IMG/VR virus record: IMGVR_UViG_3300037465_000172
Location: 1 to 61,619 of that record
DNA from: a virus
Taxonomy: Duplodnaviria > Caudoviricetes
Reading direction: 5' to 3' (one strand)
Length of the DNA stretch: 61,619 nt
The first letter of the stretch is position 1, and each line of letters opens with the position of its first letter. Positions 57,517 to 61,619 of the stretch are shown here, one piece after another. The notes under the pieces were generated by a model. It had not been told where the DNA came from and did not search any database. It saw only the letters and a list, made by a program, of their open reading frames with translations. The translations under genes were made by a program, and so were the position numbers.

Positions 57517-58197
57517 ATGGAAAGCGAATACATTGAGCTCGAAGAGGCGCGCAAATTTTTGAGCGATAATTTTCTGAATGCGGAGTTTAAAAAGTACGTA
57601 TATGCCGTGTCGCCACCTCCTTACACGCGTTACGAACTGCATCGAGCTACAGTGCCTGATCCACGTTACTACGACGCGCTATCAAAGCTGCTCAAACAAC
57701 CTGAGTACGAGAATATATTCCAAACGGACTCTATGTCTCGGCTAATCTACAAAACGGAGGGCCGCACACGCATGGTGTATTGGTATGGCGAGGTTCTTCT
57801 CCACGGAAAACAAGGCAAGGCTATTCACATCAACAACGACTTGCCATCTGACATGTTTATTGCAATGAGAGAGTGGTTGGAGAATGTGTACAGCGTTTTC
57901 AATCAGGTTTGCGGTTTGCGGAGTTGTCTTCACCAAATATTTTGCAAAACGCATAGCCGAGTTAAGATCAAATACGTGTACTCAATCTGGCCCGAGATTT
58001 TTGCTGTACTTCCGCGCAGCTGGAAGCCCACCAATAAAGTCAAGGTACGACGTAATGTGCGGCTTCCCGAAATACTTACTGACAGCGCTAACGCTAAAGC
58101 GCTGCGCGAAGAATTCAATACGCTTGCGACGACGTTGCTAATGGCGAGCGATCTTCCTAACAACGAGGAAGCCTTCAAACTGTTCTATTACAACTAA
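57517..58197 (+). CDS. hypothetical protein
   Basis: 226-aa ORF in operon. Confidence 0.7.
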   Translation: MESEYIELEEARKFLSDNFLNAEFKKYVYAVSPPPYTRYELHRATVPDPRYYDALSKLLKQPEYENIFQTDSMSRLIYKTEGRTRMVYWYGEVLLHGKQGKAIHINNDLPSDMFIAMREWLENVYSVFNQVCGLRSCLHQIFCKTHSRVKIKYVYSIWPEIFAVLPRSWKPTNKVKVRRNVRLPEILTDSANAKALREEFNTLATTLLMASDLPNNEEAFKLFYYN

Positions 58198-58205
58198 TCA
58201 GCGTT

Positions 58206-58221
58206 TCACACGCGCGTGTGA
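58206..58221. promoter_or_regulatory. palindrome copy 6
   Basis: Perfect TCACACGCGCGTGTGA. Confidence 0.75.
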
Positions 58222-58223
58222 TT

Positions 58224-58259
58224 AAAGCCCCTAAGCTTCGGCTTGGGGGCTTTCTTTTT
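58224..58259 (+). terminator. intrinsic terminator
   Basis: GCCCCTAAGC-TTCG-GCTTGGGGGC-TTTCTTTTT. Confidence 0.9.
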
Positions 58260-58274
58260 GTCTTCGCGAGCATC

Positions 58275-58303
58275 TTGACTTACGCGCAATCATGGGCTAG
58301 TTT
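58275..58303 (+). promoter_or_regulatory. sigma70-type promoter for the polymerase/replication operon
   Basis: TTGACT-17 bp-TAGTTT directly after the terminator. Confidence 0.65.
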
Positions 58304-58330
58304 GACTCTATCGTTTAACCGGAGTTAGTC

Positions 58331-58609
58331 ATGAACATAGGTCGCCCTGTCAAGAACCGCTACAAAGTCCCGAAGGTTACGTGGAACCGTTGGTCGAATC
58401 TCGCGCGTAGCGTCTTCAACGACGTCTACACGGCGATGCGTCCGTCCAATCAATGGGCGTTCCAGCATCCGCAGGCGACGCTACAGCCGATGAAGTTCTG
58501 GTGCACTACCCGCTGGAACGCCGCGTGGATAGCCGCTAATGCCGTCATGGAGCGCGGCAAGCTCGGTCGCGTTGTCGATATGCCGAAGAAGTGGCGAGCG
58601 TTATCATGA
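58331..58609 (+). CDS. hypothetical protein (Trp-rich)
   Basis: GGAG SD; ATGA overlap with the next gene. Confidence 0.7.
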   Translation: MNIGRPVKNRYKVPKVTWNRWSNLARSVFNDVYTAMRPSNQWAFQHPQATLQPMKFWCTTRWNAAWIAANAVMERGKLGRVVDMPKKWRALS

Positions 58610-58815
58610 ACGCACTAAAGATCCCGCGTGACTTTCGTACTTTTGCTGACGCGGCGCTGCAGCAGGGCTGGCACATAACCTGTACTAGCAGAGGCCACTT
58701 GCGGTGGCAATCGCCGCAAGGCAAGTGTGTTTTCACCGCAGCAACACCGAGTGATCAGCGAGCAGTGCAGAACGTCCGCGCCGATTTGCGTCGTTACGGG
58801 CTGGCGGGGGTGTGA
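58606..58815 (+). CDS. HicA-like small protein
   Basis: GW..T..GH..W.SP.G..V...TPSD.RA..N.RADLRR.G. Confidence 0.65.
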   Translation: MNALKIPRDFRTFADAALQQGWHITCTSRGHLRWQSPQGKCVFTAATPSDQRAVQNVRADLRRYGLAGV

Positions 58816-58926
58816 TGTATTGTAATCACTTCTGACGAACCGTTGATGGACCGGTTCACACGCACGAGAATCTGGTTTGGCCGTAGGACTGTCAGTATGA
58901 GCGGGTCACCTGCTCGCGGAGGGATC

Positions 58927-59226
58927 ATGAAGTACCGAAAGAAGCCTGTCGTAATTGAAGCGATGCAGCTTACCCATGAGAGCTTTGCAGAGGTTCAAGC
59001 GTGGTGCGGTGGCAAGCACTGGATCAAACCCCCGCTGCGCGCGGTAGTCGGCATGACCATCGAAACGCTTGAAGGCACGATGGGCGCGAAGTTTGGAGAC
59101 TTCATCATCCGAGGCGTAAAAGGCGAGTTTTACCCTTGTAAGCCGGACATCTTCGCCGCGACCTATGATCCGGTCGAAGAGTGCACGGCTTCGGGGCCAC
59201 TGTCCGCACACCCCGCTGCGAGTTAA
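58927..59226 (+). CDS. conserved phage protein (YRKKPVVIEA family)
   Basis: YRKKPVVIEA..IETLEG.M...GD.II.GVKGEFYPCKPDIF..TY; GGAGG SD. Confidence 0.85.
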   Translation: MKYRKKPVVIEAMQLTHESFAEVQAWCGGKHWIKPPLRAVVGMTIETLEGTMGAKFGDFIIRGVKGEFYPCKPDIFAATYDPVEECTASGPLSAHPAAS

Positions 59227-59351
59227 GAAATTAACCGACTTCCAGCGATTTCAGCAGACGGCGCGAAGGTTGCGTATTAGCGCCCCAATTGGTGGATGGC
59301 GTACTAAGTCTGGAAGTCTGCCGTGTGTAGCGAGCGGCGGAGGCAGAAAAA

Positions 59352-61217
59352 GTGAAGCTGTTCGTTCTTGACTTTGAAACGTACTACGACAACGACTACA
59401 GTCTCAGCAAAATGAGCACTGAAGACTACGTTGCAGATCCTCGTTTCGACGTCATCATGGCAGGAATTAAAATCGGCAATGAACCTGCCTACTGGGCGAA
59501 AGGCGGCGTCGAAATTCTGCGCGAACGCTTTGATCGCATCGGTCTTTGGGATGGTTGCGTCATCGCTCACAACATGATGTTTGACGGTCTCGTACTGCAA
59601 AAGCACTTTGGTAAGCTTCCGAAGATGCTCATATGCACGCGCTTCATGGCAGCGCCGTTTTTCAAACCCTACACTCGTTCACTCTCGCTCGACTCGTGTA
59701 TGAAGCTCACTGGGCTTGGCGTGAAAGGTACGACCGTCAATGACATGAAAGGACGAACGCGACAGTCACTCACTTCTGCCGAATGGGCCGCCTATAGCTC
59801 GTACTGCATGAATGATTGCGAGAATGAGTTCAAGCTCTTTAAACATCTCGCATCAACTTTGCCAGTAAGTGAGTTAAAGATCATCGATTTGACGTTACGC
59901 ATGTACTTGCAACCGCGTTTACTCATCGACACCAACGTCATGTCGGAAGAATTGGCAGCTGTCGTGGCACGCAAAGAAGCACAGATCGCTGCGTTACCTA
60001 ACGGGCTCGGCGCGAGCGATTTGTCTTCCAACGCAAAGTTTGCCAAGATTCTAGAATCGTATGGCATCGAAGTACCGATGAAGAGGTCGATCACGACAGG
60101 CGAAGCCATGCCTGCGCTAGCTAAGAATGACCCCGGTTTCAAGGAACTTGAAGAAGAGTACGCAGACGACCCGGTAATTGGAGCGCTACTTGCAGCACGT
60201 GTAGGCGTGAAGTCAACGCTTGAAGTTTCACGATACACACGATTGCTGGATATCGGGCTCAAGCATCGATGGCTTCGCGTGCCCCTGCTGTATTACAACG
60301 CGCATACCGGACGATACGGTGGGGCGGAAAATATTAACGCGCAGAACTTTCCGCGCGTTGACAAGAGCCATATGCGCTTTGGCGTGAAAGCCCCCAAGAA
60401 TCACGTGGTGCTCGCCGCCGATCTCGCACAGATTGAAGCGCGTATGACGGCGTGGCTCGCTTGTGCGCTTGGGCTTCTTCAAGCATTTCGCGAGAAGCGC
60501 GATATCTACTCTGAGTTTGCTACGCGTGTGTTCAGGATTGAAACGGTTAAAGATCGCTCGCCAGAAGACAAGGCGCGACGTTTTGTTGGCAAGACCTGCA
60601 TTCTCGGTCTTGGCTATGGCATGGGGGCTGACAAACTTCGGGACACGCTTCGCAAAGACGGTATGATTTACGATCATGTGGCTTGTCAGCGCATGGTCAC
60701 GGTGTATCGCGAGACGTATCAGGAAATTCCCATGCTCTGGCGGCGCTTTGACAAAGCGTTGAACGACACGGTGAGATCTGGCGGACGTGTCAAGATCGGT
60801 CCTGTATCGATCTCGTCTAAGTGCATCGTGCTTCCCAACGGCATGTCGATCCAATATCCGGATTTGAGATACGTGTTGGCAGGGGAGCTAAGCGGAAAAT
60901 TCCGGAACTACGAAGGTTTTGTATACCGCTTTGCTGAGGAAGTCCGCACGTTATGGGGCGGCAAGGCTACCGAGAATGTCGTGCAAGCGTTATCACGCAT
61001 CGTAATCATGGAGCACATGCTGAAGATTGCACACACGCTTGAGCTTAACCCCGTTCTTCAACAGCACGACGAGCTTGACTATGTTGTACCGAAAGCGCAC
61101 GCTGACGAGTACGCGCGCGAGATCACTGCGATCATGCGCGCGCCTCCTGAGTGGGCACCTGACCTGCCGATTGATGTTGAAGTTAACTACGGCCCGACAC
61201 TGGGCCATTGCAAATAG
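59352..61217 (+). CDS. DNA polymerase family A with 3'-5' exonuclease
   Basis: DFETY, AHN..FD, HTGRY, DLAQIEAR, R..GKTCILGLGYG, HDE. Confidence 0.93.
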   Translation: MKLFVLDFETYYDNDYSLSKMSTEDYVADPRFDVIMAGIKIGNEPAYWAKGGVEILRERFDRIGLWDGCVIAHNMMFDGLVLQKHFGKLPKMLICTRFMAAPFFKPYTRSLSLDSCMKLTGLGVKGTTVNDMKGRTRQSLTSAEWAAYSSYCMNDCENEFKLFKHLASTLPVSELKIIDLTLRMYLQPRLLIDTNVMSEELAAVVARKEAQIAALPNGLGASDLSSNAKFAKILESYGIEVPMKRSITTGEAMPALAKNDPGFKELEEEYADDPVIGALLAARVGVKSTLEVSRYTRLLDIGLKHRWLRVPLLYYNAHTGRYGGAENINAQNFPRVDKSHMRFGVKAPKNHVVLAADLAQIEARMTAWLACALGLLQAFREKRDIYSEFATRVFRIETVKDRSPEDKARRFVGKTCILGLGYGMGADKLRDTLRKDGMIYDHVACQRMVTVYRETYQEIPMLWRRFDKALNDTVRSGGRVKIGPVSISSKCIVLPNGMSIQYPDLRYVLAGELSGKFRNYEGFVYRFAEEVRTLWGGKATENVVQALSRIVIMEHMLKIAHTLELNPVLQQHDELDYVVPKAHADEYAREITAIMRAPPEWAPDLPIDVEVNYGPTLGHCK

Positions 61218-61226
61218 GAGAAGAAG

Positions 61227-61619
61227 ATGAAGTCGTTTTTTCTTGTGGTCTCATTGCTGGCTGCTTCGGCGGCTGTCGCTACGTCGCAGCCCCCGAAAAC
61301 GCCAGCACCCAAGGCCGATGCAACGAGTGTGTCAGGCGCTGCCGCGCTGGCGGGTGCAGTAGCGGGCGCACAGGCATCCTCGGATGCGAAGAGTATCGGT
61401 ATCAACAGTAACAGCAATACCAACCAGAATCTCGCGTCCGGTGGTCAGGCTGATGCGGATGCAAATGCAAACTCATCGAGTGGCGGCAATACGCTGTCGG
61501 TGAATGAGCAGCATGTACGCAACGCTCCGGCAGTCGGTCAGGGTTCGTTTGCTATTAACGGCTGTGCTGTGGCGGGTAACGTTGGCGGTTCCAATACGAG
61601 CGGCGCTGGCTTTCTTGGC
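61227..61619 (+). CDS. secreted low-complexity protein, truncated by window end (not in ORF track)
   Basis: AGGAG SD; MKSFFLVVSLLAASAAVA signal peptide; 131 open codons to the end. Confidence 0.75.
   Translation, partial: MKSFFLVVSLLAASAAVATSQPPKTPAPKADATSVSGAAALAGAVAGAQASSDAKSIGINSNSNTNQNLASGGQADADANANSSSGGNTLSVNEQHVRNAPAVGQGSFAINGCAVAGNVGGSNTSGAGFLG

Noticed and set aside
49338-58221. Palindromes as CRP or parS sites
   Set aside because: Half-sites are in the reverse order to CRP (TGTGA-N6-TCACA) and do not match parS (GTTTCACGTGAAAC); no ParB seen
1-61619. Genome-wide TGA or TAG recoding
   Set aside because: Core genes are intact in the standard code, use TGG for Trp, and many end in TGA with ATGA coupling

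Overview
This window is an almost complete, circularly permuted ~61.6 kb dsDNA phage genome with podovirus-like architecture (Caudoviricetes). The gene starting at 61227 appears to continue at position 2, with a few bases missing. Modules in order: replication (Cas4-like exonuclease, VRR-NUC, SNF2 helicase, SSB-like protein, primase-helicase; 0.3-7.8 kb); leftward virion and lysis genes (portal, scaffold, capsid, tail, fibres, GH108 endolysin, holin, three ejected proteins including one of 2896 aa; 7.8-40.5 kb); divergent terminase genes; a leftward accessory operon (42.4-49.0 kb); and rightward early genes (MoxR AAA, vWA peptidase, HicA-like protein, family A DNA polymerase; 49.4-61.6 kb). 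I saw no integrase, reverse transcriptase, CRISPR array or intact tRNA. Best candidates for new biology: (1) a seven-gene glycan-building cassette (four different glycosyltransferase types, two methyltransferases, an NDP-sugar dehydrogenase) downstream of a Tad2-like sponge and an unannotated ribbon-helix-helix gene; (2) a recurrent TCACAC-N4-GTGTGA palindrome punctuating the early region; (3) a giant ejected protein with a zincin motif and clustered beta-clamp-like motifs. All family calls come from motif recognition by eye; no database search was run.
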